Assembly (NCBI GenBank): GCA_026391215.1
Contig: JAPLDX010000114.1
Coordinates: 1-17,030, forward strand
Direction: 5' to 3'
Length of the DNA stretch: 17,030 nucleotides
Source of the DNA: Bacteroidia bacterium
GTDB lineage: Bacteria; Bacteroidota; Bacteroidia; Bacteroidales; VadinHA17
Under the pieces are notes generated by a model, which saw only the letters and a list, made by a program, of their open reading frames with translations, ran no database searches and was not told the origin of the DNA. A program made the translations under genes and the position numbers. Of this stretch, positions 1 to 7,733 are shown in pieces (position 1 is the stretch's first letter; each line of letters starts with the position of its first letter).

Positions 1-377
1 GGAAGTACCCTGGTTGCAACATTACCATTAGGAAGTGTTACCTTCAAACCACACTGATCCTGGGAAGCCTGTTCAATAAATGCTTTAAACTCATGATCCC
101 AGGCAAATGATTTTGGATCGCAATAGGTGCGAGAAATAATTGGTATAAAAATCAGACATTTAAGTTTCTTTTCCAGGGATGCATCTACATCATAAGACTC
201 CAGAAGATAGTCGCTAGGATTTATGTCAAAGTATATACTGATCTCCTCCTTGAATGTTGATTCAAGTTCAGTTTTAAGAGCCTCAACAAACTCACTTACC
301 CACTTGTCGCCCTTATTGTCTTTCTGGCGATAGCTTATGAAGATGTCATATTCAAAACCGGGGATGAGGCTTGCCAT
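1..377 (-). CDS. TIR-domain protein, N-terminal part (runs off the left edge)
   Basis: Manual translation from ATG at 377 is open to the window edge: MASLIPGFEYDIFISYRQKDNKGDKWVSEFVEALKTELES...LIFIPIISRTYCDPKSFAWDHEFKAF...GNVATRVL. YDIFISY matches TIR box 1, and SxxY...WxxEF matches the region carrying the catalytic Glu. Not in the ORF track because no stop lies within the window. Confidence 0.85.
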   Translation of the reverse strand, partial: MASLIPGFEYDIFISYRQKDNKGDKWVSEFVEALKTELESTFKEEISIYFDINPSDYLLESYDVDASLEKKLKCLIFIPIISRTYCDPKSFAWDHEFKAFIEQASQDQCGLKVTLPNGNVATRVL

Positions 378-559
378 GGTAGCGATTCATTGTGATAAAG
401 TTATGAAAGAGTTCAATGCAAGTCAAATAAAAAACGGTCCACCGTAATTCCAATATCATTGTGTCGGCTTACCGATAATTCATTCCAATCAAAATTAAAG
501 CATTAAAGTGACAGTAGTAATACTAATAAGATTAAAAAGCTGGTTGCAACTTTTGTCCG

Positions 560-614
560 CCTGCCTGCATCGCCTTCGCGTAGCCGCTTCGGCGGAGCAA
601 GGCCGGCAGGCAGG
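560..614. repeat. REP-like nested GC-rich hairpin
   Basis: CCTGCCTGC (560-568) / GCAGGCAGG (606-614) encloses GCCTT (572-576) / AAGGC (599-603), which encloses CCGC-TTCG-GCGG (584-595). Confidence 0.75.
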
Positions 615-630
615 TTCGGGGTACAAGAAC

Positions 631-690
631 AGAGCGAGAGTGAGAGTGAGAGCGAGCACTCCCCATCTCCCCATCTCCTATTCTCCCCCT
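631..690. repeat. Adjacent simple tandem repeats: (AGAGYG)x4 and a CTCCCCAT-like octamer x4
   Basis: AGAGCG AGAGTG AGAGTG AGAGCG (631-654), then CTCCCCAT CTCCCCAT CTCCTATT CTCCCCCT (659-690). Confidence 0.85.
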
Positions 691-764
691 CCATATTTTT
701 TTTGGGAACTTCCCAAAACCTTACTAATCCTGAGGATGAGTTGGACTGGTTCTGTGAAGATGGG

Positions 765-817
765 GGTTGCAACTTTTTTTTGAAGAAAATGAGTTTTTTG
801 TCAGAGTTGCAACCAGG
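765..817 (+). repeat. GGTTGCAAC element, full copy A
   Basis: GGTTGCAAC-T8-GAAGAAAATGAGTTTTTTGTCAGA-GTTGCAACC-AGG. It has 10-bp terminal inverted repeats and is nearly identical to 11758-11811. Confidence 0.9.
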
Positions 818-929
818 TATCTTATTTAATAATCATTTACATGCTCTGGCAGGCTGGGATAAAATAAACTCTTCACCGATAAAAACCGGCTTTCTACCCG
901 TTCCATTCATTTTCTAATAGTGAAAAAAA

Positions 930-937
930 TACTTTTG
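930..937 (+). promoter_or_regulatory. Bacteroidota sigma-A -7 box for the ABC permease
   Basis: TACTTTTG fits TAnnTTTG and lies about 90 nt upstream of the ATG. No clean -33 TTTG was found. Confidence 0.5.
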
Positions 938-1024
938 CCTGAAAACCTCAGGACACACACACTCTGCTAACACAGAATAAACTGGCATTTAAATTATGCT
1001 TTTAAAACTCAATACAACTTGTTT

Positions 1025-3463
1025 ATGTTTAAAAATTATTTCAAAACCGCATTCAGGAGTTTGATCCGAAACAGGAATTACACTATTATCAACATCGTCG
1101 GCCTGGCTGTTGGTATTGCCGTTTGTATGATGATCTTTATCATAATACAATTTCAAACAAGCTTCGACAATTTTCACTCAAAGAAAGATCGCATCTATCG
1201 TGTGTTAACCGAATATCATCATGCAGAGGCAGCAAATACTGGAAAAGATGTTCCTTTTCCTTTGCCGGAAGGATTGAAAACAACTTTTGCCCAAATAGAA
1301 CAAGTAGCTCCGGTTTGGGCAAGCCACAATGATAAATTATTGATACCGGACAATAACGGAGCAGCGACTAAATCATTTAAAGAAGACAAAGGCGTATTTT
1401 TTACAGAGCTTTCATTCTTTAAAATGTTTGATTACCCGCTGCTTGCAGGTTCATATGAATCATTGAAAGATCCGAACAATGTATTGCTTACAAAAGAGAT
1501 TGCAGAAAAATACTTTGGTGACTGGAAAACAGCGCTGGGCAAAACCATTAACCTGGAAGCAGGCGGCTCTCTCTTCAGCCATTCCACTGATGTTTTGAAA
1601 GTTTCAGGCATTCTTGCGACCATACCTGCCAATACAGACTTTCAACTAAAACTTGTGGTGGCTTTTGGAACAGGCATTACCGAAGATATGGCAAAAAACA
1701 CCGATTGGAAGGATAGAACGAATTCTGATTACGGTTGCTATGTTTTGTTGCCGCCGAATATTTCTGTTGACAATTTTAATCAACAATTAAGAGCCTACTC
1801 ACGAAAGATGGAATCTCCTGATAATAAGGATAGTTATATTATACAACCATTAAGTGCGGTTCATTACGATACACAAACGGGTGATTACAGCAACAAAACA
1901 ATCAGCCGCCAGCTGCTTAATGTTTTGTGGCTGATTGCAGCATTCATCCTGTTAATTGCCTGCGTCAACTTTATCAACCTTTCCACTGCACAAGCTGTTA
2001 ATCGTGCAAAGGAAGTCAGCGTAAGAAAAGTTTTTGGAAGTAATAAATCTCAATTGCAAATCCAGTTCATTATCGAGACATTTTTGATAGTTATAAGTGC
2101 TGTAATACTTGCAAGTGTTATTACAATTATTGCATTGCCTTATATAAATCAACTTTTAGAACTTTCGCTGTCATTTAACAAACTCAACAACTCTGCAACT
2201 ATTTTATTTCTTATAACTATAACAATTGTTGTAACTGCCCTCGCCTGTTTTTATCCTTCTGTAGTTTTATCACGTTTAAGTCCTGTTAATGCTTTAAAGA
2301 GTAAACTAACAGCCAATACAGCAAAGGGAATTTCATTAAGAAGGGGCTTGGTTGTGTTTCAATTCATCATTGCACAGGTACTTATCATCGGAACTCTCAT
2401 AATTGTAAAGCAAATGAATTATTTTATGGATCAACCGCTGGGCTTCGATAAAGATGCAATTATAAATGTTCCTTTCCGTGTTGATACTGTTTGGTTCAGA
2501 AAGGAGGATTATTTAAAGCAACAGTTATTGTCAGTAAACGGTGTGCAGGCAGTAACCTTCAGTTCCAACACCCCGGTTGAAGATGCTAATGATATCTGGA
2601 GCTCATTCAAATTTGACAATGCAATAAAAGAAGAAGATTTTAAAGCTATTACCAAATTCGCCGACGAAGAATATGTGCCGGCTTACAAATTACAGCTGAT
2701 AGCCGGAAGAAATTTGCAACCTTCTGGTCCGACAAGAGAATTTTTAGTGAATGAGTCGCTCATGAAAAGTTTGGGAATTAAAAACCCTGATGAAATATTG
2801 AATAAAGAAATAGCTATGTGGGGTGATCGGATAAAATGTCCTGTTGTAGGTGTATTGAAAGATTTTAATGACAGATCCTTTCGCCATTATCCTGCACCAT
2901 TGCTTATTACCACAAACATCACCATGTACAGCCAGGCAGGAATAAAACTTGAATCGAAAAACATTTCTTCTACACTGCAATCAATCAAAACAATATGGGA
3001 GCAAACACTTCCCAACTTTGTTTATGAATACAAGTTTCTGGATGATAAAATTGCAGGTTTTTACAAACAGGAAAGCCAGTTGGCGCAGTTGTATAAAATT
3101 TTTGCAACCATCGCCATATTCCTTAGCTGTCTTGGGCTATACGGTTTAGCCTTATTCATGGCAGTGCAGAGAACCAAAGAAATTGGTATTCGTAAAGTAC
3201 TAGGTGCCAGCGCATACAATATTGTTTATTTGTTTTCAAAAGAATTTATTATGCTCATTGCAATTGCCTTTGCAATTGCTACACCCATTGCCTGGTATTA
3301 CATGTACAACTGGCTGCAGAATTATGTTTATCACATTAGCATCAATTGGTGGTTATTTGTTGCAGGCGGGTTTGTTGCTATACTTATTGCACTAGCAACG
3401 ATAAGTTTCGAGGCAATTAAAGCTGCGTTTGCAAACCCGGTGAACAGCCTTCGCTCTCAATGA
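1025..3463 (+). CDS. ABC transporter permease, MacB/FtsX family (duplicated MacB_PCD + FtsX architecture)
   Basis: Typical start MFKNYFKTAFRSL, plus IACVNFINLSTAQAVNRAKEVSVRKVFGS and QRTKEIGIRKVLGAS FtsX motifs and a C-terminal ANPVNSLRS. ATG 1025 preferred to TTG 1019. Confidence 0.95.
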   Translation: MFKNYFKTAFRSLIRNRNYTIINIVGLAVGIAVCMMIFIIIQFQTSFDNFHSKKDRIYRVLTEYHHAEAANTGKDVPFPLPEGLKTTFAQIEQVAPVWASHNDKLLIPDNNGAATKSFKEDKGVFFTELSFFKMFDYPLLAGSYESLKDPNNVLLTKEIAEKYFGDWKTALGKTINLEAGGSLFSHSTDVLKVSGILATIPANTDFQLKLVVAFGTGITEDMAKNTDWKDRTNSDYGCYVLLPPNISVDNFNQQLRAYSRKMESPDNKDSYIIQPLSAVHYDTQTGDYSNKTISRQLLNVLWLIAAFILLIACVNFINLSTAQAVNRAKEVSVRKVFGSNKSQLQIQFIIETFLIVISAVILASVITIIALPYINQLLELSLSFNKLNNSATILFLITITIVVTALACFYPSVVLSRLSPVNALKSKLTANTAKGISLRRGLVVFQFIIAQVLIIGTLIIVKQMNYFMDQPLGFDKDAIINVPFRVDTVWFRKEDYLKQQLLSVNGVQAVTFSSNTPVEDANDIWSSFKFDNAIKEEDFKAITKFADEEYVPAYKLQLIAGRNLQPSGPTREFLVNESLMKSLGIKNPDEILNKEIAMWGDRIKCPVVGVLKDFNDRSFRHYPAPLLITTNITMYSQAGIKLESKNISSTLQSIKTIWEQTLPNFVYEYKFLDDKIAGFYKQESQLAQLYKIFATIAIFLSCLGLYGLALFMAVQRTKEIGIRKVLGASAYNIVYLFSKEFIMLIAIAFAIATPIAWYYMYNWLQNYVYHISINWWLFVAGGFVAILIALATISFEAIKAAFANPVNSLRSQ

Positions 3464-3566
3464 GCTAAGGCTTAGATGCACCGAGGTATGAATAAAAGAT
3501 CATTTTCAACAGTAAATAGTTCTGAATAATTAAATTTATAATCAAATTTGTTTGTTTAAAGATACT

Positions 3567-4679
3567 ATGAGGAAAGGGGCAAAGGAAAAGGCCATCAGGA
3601 TTATACTCCACATCCTGGTTTGGGCTGTTATTATGGGCTTACCGATTTACTCCGCGAGAAGGTTCCAGATGGGAAGTAATTTCCTCGTAGTCTATTATAC
3701 CATCACGGCTATAAGTGCCTTAATTTTTTACACAAATTACCTGTTCCTTGTACCGGTGCTTTTCTTTCAGAAAAAAAGGTACAGGTATTATATTGCCGTA
3801 CTGGCTCTTCTTTTCTTTTTTTATTTCATATCTGACTTTGCCAACGAGCAGATATCCAGTTATATATCTAAAAATGACAACTCAGAACAGTTTATCAGGC
3901 CACCCGTTGATAAACAGGGCCGGATACAACCACCACCTCTTAGGTTGAGACCCGGGATCATTATAGCTGTGCCTAATGCCCATTTCATTGGGTATATGTC
4001 ATCTTCACTTTTTATGGTATTTCTTTCACTGGGTCTTAGTTTGCTTGAACGTCAGTCAAAAATTGAAAAAATGCAGGAAGAGATGGAAAAGGCAAAGCTT
4101 AATGCAGAGCTTGCCCTTCTGAAAAGCCAGATCAGTCCTCATTTTTTCTTCAATACCCTTAATAACATCTATTCGCTCAGTACAATCAACCCGGAGGATT
4201 CACGTACTGCAATATTGAAGCTGTCGAAAATGATGCGATACCTGCTTTACGATTCGGAGGAAGGTGATACGAAACTCAGCAATGAGATAGAACTGATGAC
4301 AAATTATATCGAACTTATGAAACTCAGGCTTGATGATAATTATGACCTGAGAGTTAAGTTCCCCGATGAATACGAGGATTTCAGGATACCCCCGCTTCTC
4401 TTCATTCCGTTCATTGAAAATGCTTTCAAGCACGGTGTAAGCTTCCGTGAGGATTCATTCATCGACATATTTATGGCTATCTCTGATAGCATCATAATAT
4501 TCAGATCCTTTAACAGCTTATCCGGATCTGCAGCCGAAACAGGTCTTGAATCATCCGGCATAGGTTTGAATAATGTCAGGAAACGACTCGATCTGCTCTT
4601 TCCCGGCAAACATGACCTGCAACTAAATAAAACCGAAAGTACCTTTGAAGTATTGCTAAAAATCGATTTGACCTTATGA
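3567..4679 (+). CDS. Membrane sensor histidine kinase, LytS/YehU-type
   Basis: About four N-terminal hydrophobic helices, H-box LKSQISPHFFFNTLNNIY, N-box PFIENAFKHG and G-box SGIGLNNVRKRL. ATG 3567 preferred to TTG 3552. Confidence 0.93.
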   Translation: MRKGAKEKAIRIILHILVWAVIMGLPIYSARRFQMGSNFLVVYYTITAISALIFYTNYLFLVPVLFFQKKRYRYYIAVLALLFFFYFISDFANEQISSYISKNDNSEQFIRPPVDKQGRIQPPPLRLRPGIIIAVPNAHFIGYMSSSLFMVFLSLGLSLLERQSKIEKMQEEMEKAKLNAELALLKSQISPHFFFNTLNNIYSLSTINPEDSRTAILKLSKMMRYLLYDSEEGDTKLSNEIELMTNYIELMKLRLDDNYDLRVKFPDEYEDFRIPPLLFIPFIENAFKHGVSFREDSFIDIFMAISDSIIIFRSFNSLSGSAAETGLESSGIGLNNVRKRLDLLFPGKHDLQLNKTESTFEVLLKIDLTL

Positions 4680-5389
4680 TGACAATTGTAGCAGTTGATG
4701 ACGAACCATTGGCTCTTCAGCTGATTACCAGGTACATTGAAGAAACTCCGGAGCTGTCGCTTCTCAGGATGTTTAGAAATCCTCTTGAGGCTGCCGTTTT
4801 CCTGAAGGAGAACAGTGTTGATATTGTAATGCTCGATATCCAGATGCCGGAGCTGAATGGAATCGAATTCGCCAGGCAAATGCCCCCGGGACCAAAAGTG
4901 ATCTTCACTACGGCATATAAGAAATACGCGATCGAAGGTTTCAAACTTGAAGTAGTGGATTACCTTGTCAAACCCTTCAGTTACCAGGATTTTCTCAAGG
5001 CAATTCGACGGGCTGAAAAGATTATCAGTCTTGAAAAGAAATCCTACGAGAATATCGAGTCAAACAACGAATTCCTGTACCTGAAGTCTAATTACAAGAT
5101 CAAAAGATTAAAATTCAATGACATTCAGTACATCGAGGGATTTAACGACTCTGTAAGGATCTATGCCGTTTCTTCCCCTGAACCTATTCAGTCCCAGACC
5201 ACACTCAAGGTACTCGAAGCCAAACTGCCTGCCGGAAGATTCATGAGAATTCACCGCTCGTTCATAGTGAATCTCCAGATGGTAGATACCATTGACAGGG
5301 GCAGAATTGTATTCGGCAAGGTATATATTCCCGTTGGCGATCAGTATAAGGAGAAATTTGAAGACTATCTCAGGAAGAACTTTTTATAG
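4676..5389 (+). CDS. LytTR-family response regulator
   Basis: Receiver motifs VDDEPLA, LDIQMP, FTTAY and DYLVKP, and LytTR motif FMRIHRSFIVN. ATGA overlap with the kinase stop. Confidence 0.95.
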   Translation: MMTIVAVDDEPLALQLITRYIEETPELSLLRMFRNPLEAAVFLKENSVDIVMLDIQMPELNGIEFARQMPPGPKVIFTTAYKKYAIEGFKLEVVDYLVKPFSYQDFLKAIRRAEKIISLEKKSYENIESNNEFLYLKSNYKIKRLKFNDIQYIEGFNDSVRIYAVSSPEPIQSQTTLKVLEAKLPAGRFMRIHRSFIVNLQMVDTIDRGRIVFGKVYIPVGDQYKEKFEDYLRKNFL

Positions 5390-5496
5390 CTCAAGGGTTT
5401 TGCATTTTTATGAGATACAAATAGGATACTAAAACTAACGGTCTTTGCTCTTCACCTAAGAAAGTATTCTATTAAATAGATTCTTTTTCTCAAACA

Positions 5497-6393
5497 CTAG
5501 TTCTTGAATCTATATTCATTAGGGGAAAACCCAGTCACATTTTTAAACATGCGACTAAAGTGCTGGGGATGCTTAAACCCTAATTCATAAGCTATTTCAC
5601 TTACCGATTTACTTGTGTCAAATATCCGCTCTTTGGCAATATTAATTAGTTTTAACTGGATACTTTCCTGAGCGGATTTCCCTGTTTCTTTCTTTATCAG
5701 ATCTCCGAAATAATTGGGAGAAAGATGAAGCTGATCAGCACAATATTTTACGGTTGGCAAGCCGATGGATTTTGTTATTTCTGATTGAAAATAATCATTC
5801 AGCAGATTTTCAAATCTTACAAGTATGTCTTTATTAACCTGGCTGCGGGTAATAAATTGCCTGTCGTAGAAGCGCAGACAATAATTAAGAAGCAGCTCAA
5901 TATTATCTGCAATCAGTCTTTTACTGTGCTTATCGACTGATTGATTTAATTCATATTCAATCTTTTTAAGGCAATCCATTACAATCTGCCGTTCTTTTTC
6001 CGAAAGATGCAATGCCTCATTTGATTCATATGAAAAAAAGGTGTATTCCTTAATATTTTGTCCCAATGAAGTTCCACTGATCAGATCAGGATGAAAGAGC
6101 AATGCCCACCCTTTTGGCTGAGGACTCCCGGGTTTGTTCCCAATTCCAACTACCTGACCGGGAGCAATAAAAACCATGGTTCCTTCCTGGTAATCGTAAT
6201 AATTGCAGCCATATTTCAAATCTCCGCATTTCGCTTCTTTCAGAAAAACACAATAAAAGCCATAGCGTGCCCTGGCTTCAGGGATCAGCTTAAGCCTGGA
6301 AAAATCAAATACACTTACTAAGGGATGCAGAGTTTTGATACCTCTCAAAATATTAAAATGAGATATATTGTCAAGTTGTATTATTTCGTCCAT
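5497..6393 (-). CDS. AraC-family transcriptional regulator
   Basis: C-terminal double HTH (LPTVKYCADQLHLSPNYFGDLIKKETG...SVSEIAYELGFKHPQHFSRMFKNVTGFSPNEYR) and the Bacteroidota-type N-terminus (YYDYQEGT, LLFHPDL). Confidence 0.95.
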   Translation of the reverse strand: MDEIIQLDNISHFNILRGIKTLHPLVSVFDFSRLKLIPEARARYGFYCVFLKEAKCGDLKYGCNYYDYQEGTMVFIAPGQVVGIGNKPGSPQPKGWALLFHPDLISGTSLGQNIKEYTFFSYESNEALHLSEKERQIVMDCLKKIEYELNQSVDKHSKRLIADNIELLLNYCLRFYDRQFITRSQVNKDILVRFENLLNDYFQSEITKSIGLPTVKYCADQLHLSPNYFGDLIKKETGKSAQESIQLKLINIAKERIFDTSKSVSEIAYELGFKHPQHFSRMFKNVTGFSPNEYRFKN

Positions 6394-6415
6394 GGCTGTG
6401 TAATTTAATTTCCCT

Positions 6416-6423
6416 CAAAATTA
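6416..6423 (-). promoter_or_regulatory. -7 box for the AraC gene
   Basis: Minus strand TAATTTTG (TAnnTTTG), 22 nt upstream of the ATG. Confidence 0.6.
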
Positions 6424-6465
6424 TAACTTAATTTATGTATTTGAACTACATGGAAATGCACATTC

Positions 6466-6501
6466 AGTAATTCAGGTACAGAAAAGAGTAATCTGTATAC
6501 A
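6466..6501 (+). promoter_or_regulatory. Putative AraC tandem binding sites
   Basis: AGTAAT-N5-TACA at 6466-6480 and 6487-6501 (21-bp period), upstream of the imperfect -7 box CAACTTTG (6522-6529). Confidence 0.6.
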
Positions 6502-6592
6502 TATATCGTTCAATTTTACCTCAACTTTGTATCAGAAAGTTTTTGTATTACACAATATGTAATAATTAGCAGAATCAAAGTACAGTGTAAAA

Positions 6593-7675
6593 GTGAAAAA
6601 GAAAAAGAATTTCCTGAATCCTGTATGCTTAGTTTTAGTATTGACAGTCGTTATTACGGCTGAAGCACAGAATTCAAAAAATCCCAAGCTTATTCTCATA
6701 ACGGAACAAGGAAGCTTTGCAGTTGGCGGAACCATAAATGCCAATCCCGGCACTTTCGATCCGTACAATCCGACTCCCGCCGGGCAAACCTTCAGGGGTG
6801 ATCATGCTTATATTTTTTACCAGATACCGGCGAAGGCACGCAAATATCCTCTGGTAATGTGGCATGGTATCGGACAGTTTTCAAAAACATGGGAGACAAC
6901 TCCTGACGGCAGGGAAGGCTTTCAGAATATATTTCTCCGCCGTCGTTTTGGTGTCTACCTGATTGATCAGCCAAGAAGAGGTAATGCAGGTCGAAGCACT
7001 ACAGAAGCAACCATAAATCCAATCCCTGACGAACAACAATGGTTCGGAACATTTCGTGTAGGTGTATGGCCAGACTATTTCGAAGGTGTGCAGTTCTCAC
7101 GGGACACTGAGGCGTTAAACCAGTATTTCCGCCAGATGACACCCAACGTCGGACCTATTGATATTAGTGTCAATGTCAAGGCAATATCGGCGCTTTTCGA
7201 TAAAATTGGTCCGGCAATTCTGGTTTCTCATTCGCATTCCGGAGGAATGGGATGGCTGACAGCAATTAAGAGTCAGAATGTTAAAGCCATAGTATCTTAT
7301 GAACCGGGTAGCGGCTTTGTATTCCCGGAAGGAGAAGTGCCTCCTCCCATACCAATGTCAGGCGGAACTCTAGCGGCTGCAGCAGTGCCTATGGCTGATT
7401 TTATGAAACTCACCAAAATTCCAATAGTGATTTACTATGGTGATTTCATACCGGAGATGCAAATCGCGAATCCCGGCCAGGATGGATGGCGGGCACGTCT
7501 TGAAATGGCAAGATTATGGAGGGATGCCGTAAATAAACACGGAGGGGACGTTACTGTGATTCACTTGCCTGAAATCGGCATCAAAGGCAACACACACTTT
7601 CCGTTTTCAGATTTAAACAATATAGAGATAGCCGACTTAATGTCGGAATGGTTAAAGGAAAAGGAATTGGATTAA
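6593..7675 (+). CDS. Secreted alpha/beta-fold hydrolase
   Basis: Signal peptide ending AEA|Q, WHGIGQ, WETTPDGREG, IDQPRRG, nucleophile elbow VSHSHSGG and catalytic-His region GNTHFPF. GTG start. Confidence 0.88.
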   Translation: MKKKKNFLNPVCLVLVLTVVITAEAQNSKNPKLILITEQGSFAVGGTINANPGTFDPYNPTPAGQTFRGDHAYIFYQIPAKARKYPLVMWHGIGQFSKTWETTPDGREGFQNIFLRRRFGVYLIDQPRRGNAGRSTTEATINPIPDEQQWFGTFRVGVWPDYFEGVQFSRDTEALNQYFRQMTPNVGPIDISVNVKAISALFDKIGPAILVSHSHSGGMGWLTAIKSQNVKAIVSYEPGSGFVFPEGEVPPPIPMSGGTLAAAAVPMADFMKLTKIPIVIYYGDFIPEMQIANPGQDGWRARLEMARLWRDAVNKHGGDVTVIHLPEIGIKGNTHFPFSDLNNIEIADLMSEWLKEKELD

Positions 7676-7733
7676 GAATGAGTCAATAACAATAAAGTCA
7701 TTGTAAATAATTAATATTTAAATAATTATCAAT

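Larger units (their letters stand above)
540..816. repeat. 277-bp composite segment bounded by 12-bp perfect inverted repeats (MITE-like or invertible)
   Basis: CTGGTTGCAACT (540-551) and AGTTGCAACCAG (805-816) are exact reverse complements. An outer pair AATAAGAT (525-532) / ATCTTATT (819-826) extends the symmetry. Confidence 0.55.

Noticed and set aside
8-20. CCCTGGTTGCAAC inside the TIR gene, a 13-bp inverted match to the right end of element copy B
   Set aside because: It lies in an uninterrupted reading frame (NVATRV) and none of the element's interior is present, so it is probably coincidental.
872-901. Possible LytTR direct repeats upstream of the permease (TTCACCGAT / TCTACCCGT, 21-bp period)
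   Set aside because: Only 5 of 9 positions match, which is too weak to call.
503-917. Short ORFs 503-772, 508-783 and 702-917
   Set aside because: They are translations of repeats and palindromes (SLSLSL, RVRVR) with no recognisable domain.
4340-4879. 179-aa antisense ORF and other short ORFs nested in long genes (e.g. 13605-14045, 7759-8100, 12480-12671)
   Set aside because: These are shadow frames overlapping well-supported genes and have no motifs.
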